Source: Minisyncoccota bacterium (lineage in GTDB: Bacteria > Patescibacteriota > Minisyncoccia > Phycocordibacterales > UBA5272). Taken from it: 64,000 bases of DNA. Location of the stretch: contig JAXLZS010000001.1 of the NCBI GenBank assembly GCA_046350775.1, positions 22,353 through 86,352 on the forward strand. The letters are read 5' to 3'. Positions 42,726-51,982 of this stretch are shown here, in pieces. Each line of letters begins with the position of its first letter. Position 1 is the first letter of the stretch. The notes under the pieces were generated by a model, which saw only the letters and a program-made list of their open reading frames with translations, was not told the origin of the DNA and searched no databases. The position numbers and the translations under genes were made by a program.

Positions 42726-44564
42726 ATGACAATCAACGAAATCAGAAAGAGATATCTAGAATTTATGAAAGCGAATGGTCACGCTATCGTAAAGTCTAGC
42801 TCTCTCGTACCAGAAAATGACCCCACAACACTTTTTACTGCCGCAGGAATGCAGTCGATGATTAATTATATTCTAGGTGCAAAGCATACAGCCGGCACTC
42901 GCGTAGCTGACACACAAAAATGCTTCCGCTCACAAGATATCGAAGAGATTGGTGATAATCGTCACACTACATTTTTTGAAATGCTCGGCAATTGGAGCTT
43001 TGGAGATTATTTTAAAAAAGAGCAAATTGGCTGGATGTATAGATTTTTAGTAGATAAAGATTTAGGATTGGGATTGGATAAAGATAGACTATATTTTTCT
43101 TGCTACACTGGAAATGAAAAATTAGGCTTACCAAAAGACATTGAAGCAAAAAATTTCTGGATAGAAAATGGAATAGATGAGAGTCATGTGTCATTTTATG
43201 ATGAGAGTAAAAATTGGTGGAGTCGTGCCGGCTCTCCAGAAAATATGCCAGAAGGCGAGCCTGGCGGACCTGATTCTGAAATGTTTTTTGATTTTGATCC
43301 AAAAGGTGAAAAAGGAATTCATGCAAATAGTAAGTGGGCGAGCGAAGAATGTCATCCAAATTGTGATTGTGGAAGATTTGTAGAAATTGGAAATAGTGTA
43401 TTTATTCAATACAAAAAATCAGGAGATAAATTGGTAGAGCTAGAGCAGAAAAATGTAGATTTTGGTGGAGGATTGACTCGTATGGCTGCCGCGACAGTAG
43501 ATGACAATGATATTTTTAATTTAGATATTTTTTCTCCTGCTAAAGATATTTTAGAAGAGATCTCAAGTAAAAAGTATAATGAGGACAAAATTAATTTTAG
43601 AATAATTTTTGATCATATTCATGCGGCGACATTTCTCGTTGGTGATGGAGTAGTGCCCGGCAATAAGGACCAGATGTATTTTGTGAGAAGACTGATTCGT
43701 CGCGCAATTGTAGCTGGACACAAATTAGGAATTCAAAATAATTTTACAAAAAATATTGCCGAGACATTTATTGAAAAGTATAAAGAAGCTGAAGAATACC
43801 TCGGAGATAATCTTTCTCAAAATAAAAATAAAATTTTAGAAGAACTTGATAAAGAAGAAAGTAAATTTAGAAAGACTTTGATTTTAGGAATGAGAGAATT
43901 TGAAAAACTTTCTCATAAAGATATTTCTAGTGAAGACGCTTTTAATCTTTTACAAAGTTTTGGGTTCCCAATTGAATTAACAGAAGAACTCGCAAAAGAA
44001 AATAATCTAAAAGTAGATCTTGATGGATTTTATAAATTAAAAGAGGAGCATGCGGAAAAAAGTCGTACGGCCAGTGAAGGAATGTTTAAGGGAGGACTGG
44101 CGGATCAATCTGAAGTCACTACAGCCCTTCATACAGTATGTCATCTCATGCTCGCTGGTATGAGAAAAGTACTTGGTGATAAAGTATCTCAAGCTGGCAG
44201 CAATATCACGCCAGAGAGAGTGCGTTTTGATTTTACATTTGATAGAAAAGTAGAGGATGATGAAATAAAAGAAATAGAAAATTATGTGAATACTGCTATC
44301 AAAAATGGATTTATAGTATCGATTGAAGAAATGCCAAAGAGTGTCGCAAAAGAATCAGGAGTGGTGGGATCATTTTGGGATAAATATCCAGAGACAGTGA
44401 AAGTCTATACAATGAAAGGTGGTGATGTGATTTATTCTCGTGAATTGTGTGGTGGTCCTCATGTTGAAAATAGTAAAGACTATTTAGAAGGAAAAACTTT
44501 TGAAATATCAAAACAAGAATCTGTCTCAGCTGGCGTCAGAAGATTTAAAGGAGTTTTGAAATAA
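42726..44564 (+). CDS. alaS: Alanyl-tRNA synthetase, compact form lacking the C-terminal C-Ala domain
   Basis: Catalytic motifs (FTAAGMQ, FEMLGNWSFGDYFK), editing-domain HxxxH (HTVCHLM) and CxxxH (CGGPHV); ends about 35 aa after the CxxxH motif (612 aa from ATG 42726). GTG-extended ORF start at 42660 rejected. Confidence 0.85.
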   Translation: MTINEIRKRYLEFMKANGHAIVKSSSLVPENDPTTLFTAAGMQSMINYILGAKHTAGTRVADTQKCFRSQDIEEIGDNRHTTFFEMLGNWSFGDYFKKEQIGWMYRFLVDKDLGLGLDKDRLYFSCYTGNEKLGLPKDIEAKNFWIENGIDESHVSFYDESKNWWSRAGSPENMPEGEPGGPDSEMFFDFDPKGEKGIHANSKWASEECHPNCDCGRFVEIGNSVFIQYKKSGDKLVELEQKNVDFGGGLTRMAAATVDDNDIFNLDIFSPAKDILEEISSKKYNEDKINFRIIFDHIHAATFLVGDGVVPGNKDQMYFVRRLIRRAIVAGHKLGIQNNFTKNIAETFIEKYKEAEEYLGDNLSQNKNKILEELDKEESKFRKTLILGMREFEKLSHKDISSEDAFNLLQSFGFPIELTEELAKENNLKVDLDGFYKLKEEHAEKSRTASEGMFKGGLADQSEVTTALHTVCHLMLAGMRKVLGDKVSQAGSNITPERVRFDFTFDRKVEDDEIKEIENYVNTAIKNGFIVSIEEMPKSVAKESGVVGSFWDKYPETVKVYTMKGGDVIYSRELCGGPHVENSKDYLEGKTFEISKQESVSAGVRRFKGVLK

Positions 44565-44892
44565 TACTTGTATATTGACTTATTATTCTTTTTATGCGAT
44601 GATCAATCCCTATACAAGTTGGTGAAGCGTCGACATCAATGTCTGGTCTTTCATTCCAGAAAAAATCTTTACAACCTTTTCCGTCAATAATTTTTTGTAC
44701 CAGCAGGCTATCATTGCAAGGAAAATCCTTTCTAGCTCTGAATATCACCAATCCTTCACCTTTAGGAATTTTTTCATATTCCTCTTGTGCTTTTTTTGTA
44801 TTGGTTATACCAGTAATGAATTTTGTATTTTCATCATAAAGAGTGTCATGTACTTTTAATACACCACCACCAGCAAGTATTATTGTTCTCAT
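44545..44892 (-). CDS. Hypothetical protein
   Basis: 115 aa; IILAGGGVL...GEGLVIFRARK faintly resembles the C-terminal part of RibD_C/DHFR-like folds; convergent 20-nt overlap with alaS. Confidence 0.35.
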   Translation of the reverse strand: MRTIILAGGGVLKVHDTLYDENTKFITGITNTKKAQEEYEKIPKGEGLVIFRARKDFPCNDSLLVQKIIDGKGCKDFFWNERPDIDVDASPTCIGIDHRIKRIISQYTSIISKLL

Positions 44893-45001
44893 TTTTTACT
44901 TGTTTTAGTTAAAAATAACGTATCTTTATTTATACTATTCTATTTGTTGTAACTTGTCAAAAATTAATTTTTTTCATGCTAAAATATACTTATATATAAA
45001 T

Positions 45002-45481
45002 ATGAATCAAAATTATCTTAAAAAATATTTAGATATTGTTGTATTTCCAGATAAGACTCTCATAAAATATTGGCACGATGATATTCTCTCTTTTACTCAT
45101 GAGCATCCAGTCGGATTGTCTCATATAGAAAAAGAATTAGTAAGTGAATTAATAATGAGTGATTGGGTGAATGGACTCATTCACACTCTCAATATTATCT
45201 CTCTCACAGATCGAGTACCAACTTTTATTTATCTCACCACAGAAAAATATGGAAATGTTTTCGAGAGACAGATAAAAAATAAAAACACTTATTCACAGTT
45301 TTACATTGAAAATAATAATTATGGTAAAGGTGTGCATGTTATAATAAAAAAGATAAATTATGCGAATATAAATAGTTTGACTTCCGATTCTAATTTACCA
45401 AAACATTTAAAAGATAATTCAAATAATAAATCCAAATCATATGAGAGATATACGAAGACCATATCGCAATTCAAGGTCTAG
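45002..45481 (+). CDS. Hypothetical protein
   Basis: ORF 44954..45481; ATG at 45002 preferred (MNQNYLKKYL). The 3' end overlaps the next gene by 40 nt in another frame. Confidence 0.35.
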   Translation: MNQNYLKKYLDIVVFPDKTLIKYWHDDILSFTHEHPVGLSHIEKELVSELIMSDWVNGLIHTLNIISLTDRVPTFIYLTTEKYGNVFERQIKNKNTYSQFYIENNNYGKGVHVIIKKINYANINSLTSDSNLPKHLKDNSNNKSKSYERYTKTISQFKV

Positions 45482-46874
45482 CGCCTCGACTGAGATCAGG
45501 GTAAAAAAAAGACCAACTGATAAAGCTCGAGAGGTAGAGAATTTTGAAAAAGATGCCTATACAAATGAATATAAAGATATTGCTTATGATAAAAATGGTA
45601 AGCCGACCATGAAGGCTGTCACACATTTTGACTTGGCTGGATTTGGTAAAAGATCTAAAAAGAGAGGTGAATATGATATTTTAAAAAGAGAGGCTTTTTT
45701 TAATAGTAAGAGTCATGATTTTGACGAAGAGGACATACAAAATTTTCGTCGCTCAAAAAATAAAAAGAAAAAAGTACGAAAGACTATTTTATATTTTTCT
45801 ATTTCAATCATAGCTTTAGCTTTGATACTTTGGACTTTTGTATTTGATTCTGCCGGTGTCGTCATCAATCCAAAATATAAAGATGTAGATGTGTCAGATA
45901 CTTTTATCTTTTTTAAAGAGGATTTAATAATGGATTATTCTAGTACTACCATATCTAAAGATGTAATGAAATCTGCCCCAAAAGAAGTAAATCAAAAATC
46001 TTCTGGCGAGATTACAATTTATAATAATTATTCTACCAATCCTCAAATACTCATAAAAAATACTCGCTTTCAGACTTCTGATGGAAAGATATTTAGGATA
46101 AACGATAGTGTCACGGTCCCAGGTAAAAATGGAAACACCCCAGGATCTGTCACAGCCAAGGTTTCTGCTGACACTTATGGTAGTGATTATAATATTAAAC
46201 CTTCAGATTTTACCATCCCAGGATTTAAGGGTACACCCAGATATGCTGGATTTTATGCTAAATCAGTATCTCCTATGTCAGGGGGTATGTCTGGCACTGT
46301 CTCTACAGTTTCTCCAGAAGATATAATGGTGGTAAATAATGATTTAAAACCATCTATAAATTCAACCCTCACAACATCTACAAAAAAGATTACTCATGAT
46401 GGATATTTTAGTTTATACAATAATCTGATAATAAATTATTCTGATAACCAGAATGTATTAATGACTTCTGATCAGAATTCTTATAATTTGACCGGTATAG
46501 CATTATTGCTTTCTATTAAAAAAGATGTATTAGCTTCTGTCATTGCAAAGCAAGTTTTACAGGACAATTATAACGCTTCTCAGCCAGTACATATCGACGA
46601 TATAGATAGTTTGACTTTCACTATAGATCCAAATGCTGATATAAATAGCAATATTATAAAGATTCTAATAAACGGAAAAGTCAGAATTATTTGGACTTAT
46701 GGTCCTGATAATGTTAAAAAATCTATAGCTGGACAATCTACATCACAATTTGATACTATTATAAATAAATATTCTTCTTCTATTATTCATAGCAGTTTTA
46801 AAGTTAGTCCTCCATGGATAAAAGCCTTTCCTAAAGACATAAATAGAATAAAAATAGAAGAAGTATTAAAATAA
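45441..46874 (+). CDS. Hypothetical type-II membrane protein with large extracytoplasmic domain
   Basis: Basic N-terminal 100 aa, a single TM helix (ILYFSISIIALALILWTFVF), and a roughly 350-aa Ser/Thr/Asn-rich external domain. Confidence 0.5.
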   Translation: MRDIRRPYRNSRSSASTEIRVKKRPTDKAREVENFEKDAYTNEYKDIAYDKNGKPTMKAVTHFDLAGFGKRSKKRGEYDILKREAFFNSKSHDFDEEDIQNFRRSKNKKKKVRKTILYFSISIIALALILWTFVFDSAGVVINPKYKDVDVSDTFIFFKEDLIMDYSSTTISKDVMKSAPKEVNQKSSGEITIYNNYSTNPQILIKNTRFQTSDGKIFRINDSVTVPGKNGNTPGSVTAKVSADTYGSDYNIKPSDFTIPGFKGTPRYAGFYAKSVSPMSGGMSGTVSTVSPEDIMVVNNDLKPSINSTLTTSTKKITHDGYFSLYNNLIINYSDNQNVLMTSDQNSYNLTGIALLLSIKKDVLASVIAKQVLQDNYNASQPVHIDDIDSLTFTIDPNADINSNIIKILINGKVRIIWTYGPDNVKKSIAGQSTSQFDTIINKYSSSIIHSSFKVSPPWIKAFPKDINRIKIEEVLK

Positions 46875-46880
46875 AAGCAC

Positions 46881-47168
46881 ATGAAAAAGCAACAATTCAA
46901 TAGTAAAAAAACAAACAAAAAGAAACAAAATACAAAAAATCAACCAGAGCTCGATGATGTTGAGGATGGCATGGAAGTAAAAGAAGGAAGAGTGATAGAG
47001 GCTTTGCCGGCCGCTCTTTTTAGGGTAAAATTTGATGACGGAAAGGATCTTATTTGCTTTTTGAGAGGAAAAATAAAGGTTTTTAAGATTAAAATATTGG
47101 TGGGTGACAAGGTGCTAGTTGAGCTTGATCCATATGGTGGAAAAGGTAGAATTGTAAGAAGAATTTAA
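46881..47168 (+). CDS. infA: Translation initiation factor IF-1 (with Lys-rich N-terminal extension)
   Basis: S1-like OB core GRVIEALPAALFRVKFDDGKDLICFLRGKIK...ILVGDKVLVELDPYGGKGRIVRR. Confidence 0.85.
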   Translation: MKKQQFNSKKTNKKKQNTKNQPELDDVEDGMEVKEGRVIEALPAALFRVKFDDGKDLICFLRGKIKVFKIKILVGDKVLVELDPYGGKGRIVRRI

Positions 47169-47292
47169 AGGTTTTAAAACTCTGGCAGTAGATATTTTAA
47201 TTTATCCTTAAAAGATTTGCATTTTTTAAAGATTTATAGTATACTCTCTCCATAACTATAAAAATTAGTTTTTTATTTTTGTGCTCTAAATT

Positions 47293-47406
47293 ATGAAAGT
47301 AAAATCATCTATCAAAAAAATTTGTGCTAATTGCAAAATGATAAAGCGTAGTGGAACATTACGTGTGATTTGTACTAACCCAAAACATAAACAAGCTCAA
47401 GGATAA
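47293..47406 (+). CDS. rpmJ: 50S ribosomal protein L36
   Basis: Hand translation [37 protein letters not shown] (C-x2-C...C...H zinc ribbon). Below the 60-aa cutoff of the ORF track. Confidence 0.85.
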   Translation: MKVKSSIKKICANCKMIKRSGTLRVICTNPKHKQAQG

Positions 47407-47432
47407 TAAACTATTAAAATTAATTAATTTTT

Positions 47433-47813
47433 ATGCGTATCGCAGGTATCACAATTCCAGAAAAAAAGAGATTAGAAGTAGCTTTGACTGCTGTTTATGG
47501 TATTGGCCGTCCAAGAGTTAAGATGATTTTAGAAAAGCTAAATATCGATCTTGGTAAAAAAGTAGAAGAATTGACTGCTGATGAAGAGAAAGACATCAGA
47601 AGAGAAGTTGAGTCTTTTAAAATAGAAGGAGATTTAAGAAGAGATGTACAATTAAATATAAAAAGACTAAAGGATGTAAAATGTTACAGAGGTATAAGAC
47701 ATCTAAGACATTTACCAGTGCGTGGACAAAGAACAAAGACCAATAATCGTACTGTGAGAGGAAATACTAGAAAGACAATGGGATCTGGTAGAAGAAAGGT
47801 AGAAAAGACATAA
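47433..47813 (+). CDS. rpsM: 30S ribosomal protein S13
   Basis: MRIAGITIPEKKR...GDLRRDVQLNIKRLKDVKCYRGIRH...LPVRGQRTKTN. Confidence 0.95.
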   Translation: MRIAGITIPEKKRLEVALTAVYGIGRPRVKMILEKLNIDLGKKVEELTADEEKDIRREVESFKIEGDLRRDVQLNIKRLKDVKCYRGIRHLRHLPVRGQRTKTNNRTVRGNTRKTMGSGRRKVEKT

Positions 47814-47835
47814 AATTAAAAAATAAAATAAAATT

Positions 47836-48270
47836 ATGGGAAAGAAACGCGTAGTAAAACAAGTTGGTTCAGGAATAGATAATGCTCTAAAGGCAAGATC
47901 TCTTTCAAAGGGTCTAAAGAAAAAAGTCTCAGAAGGGATTTTGTATATCGAGTCAACTTATAACAACACAAAATTAACTTTGACTGATCTAAAAGGGAAT
48001 GTGATGACATGGTCAACATCTGGATCTCTTGGATTTAAAGGAGCTAAAAAAGGTACACCTTTTGCAGCTGGAAAAATTGCCGAAGTTATTGGAGAAAAGG
48101 CTTCTCAAGCTGGAGTTAAAGAAGTAAAGATTATAGTCAAAGGTGTGGGATCTGGAAGAGAGGCAGCAATCAGATCATTTGCAGCTTTTGGTATCGAAGT
48201 AACTTCACTTGAAGATCAGACTCCTGTGCCTCACAATGGTCCAAAGCCAAAGAAGCCAAGAAGAATTTAG
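47836..48270 (+). CDS. rpsK: 30S ribosomal protein S11
   Basis: GILYIESTYNNTKLTLTDLKGNVMTWSTSGSLGFKGAKKGTPFAA...GVGSGREAAIRSFAAFGIEVTSLEDQTPVPHNGPKPKKPRR. Confidence 0.95.
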   Translation: MGKKRVVKQVGSGIDNALKARSLSKGLKKKVSEGILYIESTYNNTKLTLTDLKGNVMTWSTSGSLGFKGAKKGTPFAAGKIAEVIGEKASQAGVKEVKIIVKGVGSGREAAIRSFAAFGIEVTSLEDQTPVPHNGPKPKKPRRI

Positions 48271-48291
48271 AAAAATTATTAAAATAAAATT

Positions 48292-48915
48292 ATGACAGAT
48301 AAAAAATGTAAAGTTTGTAGAAGAGCCGGTGAAAAACTTTTCCTAAAAGGAGACAGATGTTTTTCTCCTAAGTGTGCTATGAACAATCGTCCATACGCTC
48401 CGGGAAAATTGGATTCAGAAAAGAAACACAGATCAGCTGTATCTGAATACGGTCTTCAAATGAAAGAAAAACAAAAGATTAAAAATATTTATGGTCTTTC
48501 TGAGAAGCAATTTGCTTCTTATGTAAAAGCTTCTGAAAAATCTTCTGATGTTGTACCTACTCTTGCTATTTACTTATCTCTAGAATCACGTCTTGATAAT
48601 CTTGTGTATAGAATGGGATTTGCTAAAAACAGAGCACTTGCAAGACAAGTGGTATCTCACGGACACATTTTAGTAAATGGAAAGAAAATCAATGTAGCAT
48701 CTCATAAAGTGAGATTGGGAGACGTCGTCTCTATAAGAGAAGGATCAAAAGCTACAAAGCTATTCTCTGATTTAAATAATAAATTGAAAGACTTCACTGC
48801 TCCAAATTGGATTACTTTGGATGCTGCAAAAGGTGAAGCTAAACTTACTTCTCTTCCAAAAGAAGTAGAGAGTGGATTCGATTTTGCTAAGGTTCTTGAA
48901 TTTTATAATAAATAA
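48292..48915 (+). CDS. rpsD: 30S ribosomal protein S4
   Basis: N-terminal zinc ribbon CKVCRRAG...CFSPKC, then the S4 domain SRLDNLVYRMGFAKNRALARQVVSHGHILVNGKK. Confidence 0.95.
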   Translation: MTDKKCKVCRRAGEKLFLKGDRCFSPKCAMNNRPYAPGKLDSEKKHRSAVSEYGLQMKEKQKIKNIYGLSEKQFASYVKASEKSSDVVPTLAIYLSLESRLDNLVYRMGFAKNRALARQVVSHGHILVNGKKINVASHKVRLGDVVSIREGSKATKLFSDLNNKLKDFTAPNWITLDAAKGEAKLTSLPKEVESGFDFAKVLEFYNK

Positions 48916-49032
48916 TTTTAATTAAATATTATATACTTGCTTTTTATAGTGATTTCGTGTTATAATTTCACACGTTAATTTTATTAATCTTAAAGAACAA
49001 TAGGTCAGAAAAATAAGAAAATAAATAAATTT

Positions 49033-50001
49033 ATGCATTCACAAAATATCAATTTGCCATCAAAGCCAAAAATTATCAAAGAAGAAGGAAATAAGGGTAT
49101 CTATGAGATAGATGGTCTTTATCCTGGATATGGATATACATTAGGAAATTCTATTCGTAGAATTATAATTTCATCTATTCCTGGAGTTGCTATAACTTCA
49201 CTTTCTATTGAAGGTGTAAAGCATGAATTTTCTTCAATCGAAGGAGTAAAGGAAGATGTCATTTCTATGATATTGAACTTAAAAGCTATTCACTTTACTC
49301 TACATTCTGATGAGCCACAAAAAATATCACTTAAAATAAAAGGACCAAAAGTAGTGACCGCTGAAGATATTGAAATACCATCTAATGTTGAAATAATAAA
49401 CAAGGATGCTTATATTTGTGAGATTACTGGAAAAGTCGGCTTAAATGTTGAAATGACTCTTGAAAAAGGTATTGGATATATCTCTAAAGAGCAAGTCGAA
49501 AAAGAAAGAACAGCTATCGGCGCTATCTCACTAGATGCAGCTTTTACTCCAGTAAAAAGAGCTAGCTATGAAGTAGAAAATATGCGTGTCGGTGACAGAA
49601 CAGATCACAATAGATTAAGATTATCAATTGAGACTGACGGATCTATATCACCAAAAGAAGTATTAGAATTTTCTATTGCTACTATGATTACTCAACTTCA
49701 AGCTATTGTAGGATTTAAGGAGACCGTCTCACAAGATGAAGTAATGTTTTCAGATAATATGTCAGATGAAAAAGTTGATTCTGATAGTTCACCAGCTAAG
49801 ATAAAAATCGAAGAATTAGAATTTTCAACAAGAACTGAAAATGCATTAATCTCTGGAGGTATCAAAACTTTGTCTGGCCTTTTAAAGAAATCAGAGCAAG
49901 ACCTTAAAAATTTAGGTGGACTTGGAGACAAGGCTATAGAAGAGATAAAAGAATTATTAGATGGTAAAGGTCTTTCTCTTAAAAAGGAAAAACAAAAATA
50001 A
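49033..50001 (+). CDS. rpoA: DNA-directed RNA polymerase alpha subunit
   Basis: N-terminal domain GYGYTLGNSIRRIIISSIPG; C-terminal domain helix-hairpin-helix ELEFSTRTENALISGGIKTLSGLL. Confidence 0.95.
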   Translation: MHSQNINLPSKPKIIKEEGNKGIYEIDGLYPGYGYTLGNSIRRIIISSIPGVAITSLSIEGVKHEFSSIEGVKEDVISMILNLKAIHFTLHSDEPQKISLKIKGPKVVTAEDIEIPSNVEIINKDAYICEITGKVGLNVEMTLEKGIGYISKEQVEKERTAIGAISLDAAFTPVKRASYEVENMRVGDRTDHNRLRLSIETDGSISPKEVLEFSIATMITQLQAIVGFKETVSQDEVMFSDNMSDEKVDSDSSPAKIKIEELEFSTRTENALISGGIKTLSGLLKKSEQDLKNLGGLGDKAIEEIKELLDGKGLSLKKEKQK

Positions 50002-50048
50002 TTTGCAAAATTCCTAAAAAAAGTGTATAAAATATAGAAAATAAAAAC

Positions 50049-50402
50049 ATGAAGCATCACAAAAATTTCCGAAAATTTGGTAGAGAGAAAAATCAAAGAA
50101 AATCCTTTATAAAAGGATTGGCTATTAATCTTATTCGCCATGGCAAAATTGAAACTACTCTTGCTCGCGCAAAAGAGATTCGCCCTTATGTAGAGAGACT
50201 TGTAACTCTTGCAAAGGTTGACAGTGTAGCCAGAAGAAGATTGATTGCTAGTAGAATCTTAAATCAAGAAGATGAGACCAAAAAGCTATTTTCTGATTAT
50301 GCTAAAAAGTATCAAGATGTCCAAGGGGGATACTTGAGAATTACTAAGCTCGGTCAAAGATTGGGTGATGGTTCTTCAATGGCTGTAATAGAATTTATTT
50401 AA
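50049..50402 (+). CDS. rplQ: 50S ribosomal protein L17
   Basis: GREKNQRKSFIKGLAINLIRHGKIETTLARAKEIRPYVERLVTLAK. Confidence 0.9.
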   Translation: MKHHKNFRKFGREKNQRKSFIKGLAINLIRHGKIETTLARAKEIRPYVERLVTLAKVDSVARRRLIASRILNQEDETKKLFSDYAKKYQDVQGGYLRITKLGQRLGDGSSMAVIEFI

Positions 50403-50407
50403 AATAT

Positions 50408-50773
50408 ATGACAAATATCAAAGACACAAAAGAATATACAATTGATGCTACAGGAAAACCTCTTGGAAGACTTTCTACAGAAGTGGCTGCTATTTTAAAT
50501 GGAAAAAATTCTACAAGCTTCGCAAAGAATATAGTGACAGCTGTCAAAGTAAAAGTTATTAATGCTTCTAAAATAAAATTGACTGGCAATAAATTAAAAC
50601 AAAGCATTCACAAGACTTACTCTGGATTTCCAGGAGGACAAAGAGTGAGAAGTCTAGCTAATGTTATTGAAAGAAAAGGCTATGGAGAAATTATTCTTCA
50701 TGCTGTAGAAGGAATGCTTCCTAAGAATAAATTACAAGATAAAAAGATGATGAATCTTTCTGTAGAAGAATAA
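50408..50773 (+). CDS. rplM: 50S ribosomal protein L13
   Basis: YTIDATGKPLGRLSTEVAAILNGK ... HAVEGMLPKNKL. Confidence 0.9.
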   Translation: MTNIKDTKEYTIDATGKPLGRLSTEVAAILNGKNSTSFAKNIVTAVKVKVINASKIKLTGNKLKQSIHKTYSGFPGGQRVRSLANVIERKGYGEIILHAVEGMLPKNKLQDKKMMNLSVEE

Positions 50774-50797
50774 GAGAAATAAATTTTTAATAAAGAT

Positions 50798-51196
50798 ATG
50801 AATAAAGACAAATATATAGAAACAATAGGAAGAAGAAAGACAGCTACAGCTAGAGTTCGTATGGCGCCTTCTTCAAAATCATCATTTATTGTAAATGATA
50901 AAGATGTAAATGATTATTTTCAAACATCAGAATTACGCTCAATAGTAGAATCAGCTTTCACAAAAGGAGATCTTCCAAATAAATACACTATTACTGTAAA
51001 AGTAGTTGGATCAGGTATTCATTCTCAAGCTGAAGCCGTGAGACATGGTATCACTCGTGCGCTAGTCAAAGAAGATGAGACACTTAGATCACAATTAAAG
51101 AAGCTTGGATTCCTTAAAAGAGATCCTAGAAGTAAAGAAAGAAAGAAATTCGGTCTCAAAAAAGCTCGCAAGGGACCAACATGGTCAAAAAGATAG
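50798..51196 (+). CDS. rpsI: 30S ribosomal protein S9
   Basis: GRRKTATARVRM...GGIHSQAEAVRHGITRALV...PRSKERKKFGLKKARKGPTWSKR. Confidence 0.9.
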   Translation: MNKDKYIETIGRRKTATARVRMAPSSKSSFIVNDKDVNDYFQTSELRSIVESAFTKGDLPNKYTITVKVVGSGIHSQAEAVRHGITRALVKEDETLRSQLKKLGFLKRDPRSKERKKFGLKKARKGPTWSKR

Positions 51197-51205
51197 TAAA
51201 AATAA

Positions 51206-51232
51206 AAACCTCGACAGATTGTCGAGGTTTTT
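51206..51232 (+). terminator. Intrinsic terminator after rpsI
   Basis: aaacctcgacagattgtcgaggttttt. Confidence 0.6.
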
Positions 51233-51286
51233 ATTTGACCGCTCTATCTATTTAATATATATTGTAACAAGTTAAAACTCTAAAAA

Positions 51287-51826
51287 ATGTGTACCTTCAA
51301 AGAATTTTTGTTTGGTTTTGATCCTGAAATCATAGATCCAAACATTCAAAAAATTGAATTTCGAATCTTAAAATTAAAACAAGAAAAAAAGAGGATTAGC
51401 AAAGCCTTTAAGGAAAAATTATTTTTTAACACTCACTTTTTAAAAAAGATACCACAAATAGAAAAGAGTGATAATGTTATTTATATTTTTTCTTTAAATT
51501 ATTCTCCAAAATTTGGTCGCCTGATAGAGGAGTATCGCTTTAGAAATTTAAGGCCGACAAATGCGGCTTTGCTTTTAAAGTTCAATCTTAAAAATCCTGA
51601 ATTTAAAGAAAAGATTCCCGGTCTGACATATCTTAATTCTAGTAAAAAAGGTAAATTTTATTACACACTTAGTTTTTTAAAACAAAAAGGTGAAGATAAA
51701 ATGAGTCTTGATATTATAACTAAAGACAGTGTTATATCAAAAGAATTTTATTTCTTTGGAGAAAGGAGGTTGAGTTTTTTAGAAAGATTCCTCAACTTTT
51801 TTAATGTGAAAATTTTACAGATTTGA
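51287..51826 (+). CDS. Hypothetical protein (upstream of grpE, in the position often occupied by hrcA)
   Basis: 179 aa, basic, no recognisable HrcA motifs; followed by a long-loop hairpin (aacatcctt...aaggatgtt + T7, 51835-51885). Confidence 0.4.
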   Translation: MCTFKEFLFGFDPEIIDPNIQKIEFRILKLKQEKKRISKAFKEKLFFNTHFLKKIPQIEKSDNVIYIFSLNYSPKFGRLIEEYRFRNLRPTNAALLLKFNLKNPEFKEKIPGLTYLNSSKKGKFYYTLSFLKQKGEDKMSLDIITKDSVISKEFYFFGERRLSFLERFLNFFNVKILQI

Positions 51827-51982
51827 TCAAAACATCCTTATTATTAATAATTTTTAAGACAAGGATGTTTTTTTGCTTGAAAATATTTTTTATGATATTA
51901 TATTTACAACACTAATAGGTGCAAAAGATTGATTATTTTCAGAAATGATAGACAAAATAGTGTTTTGTTATTTCAAACAAAT

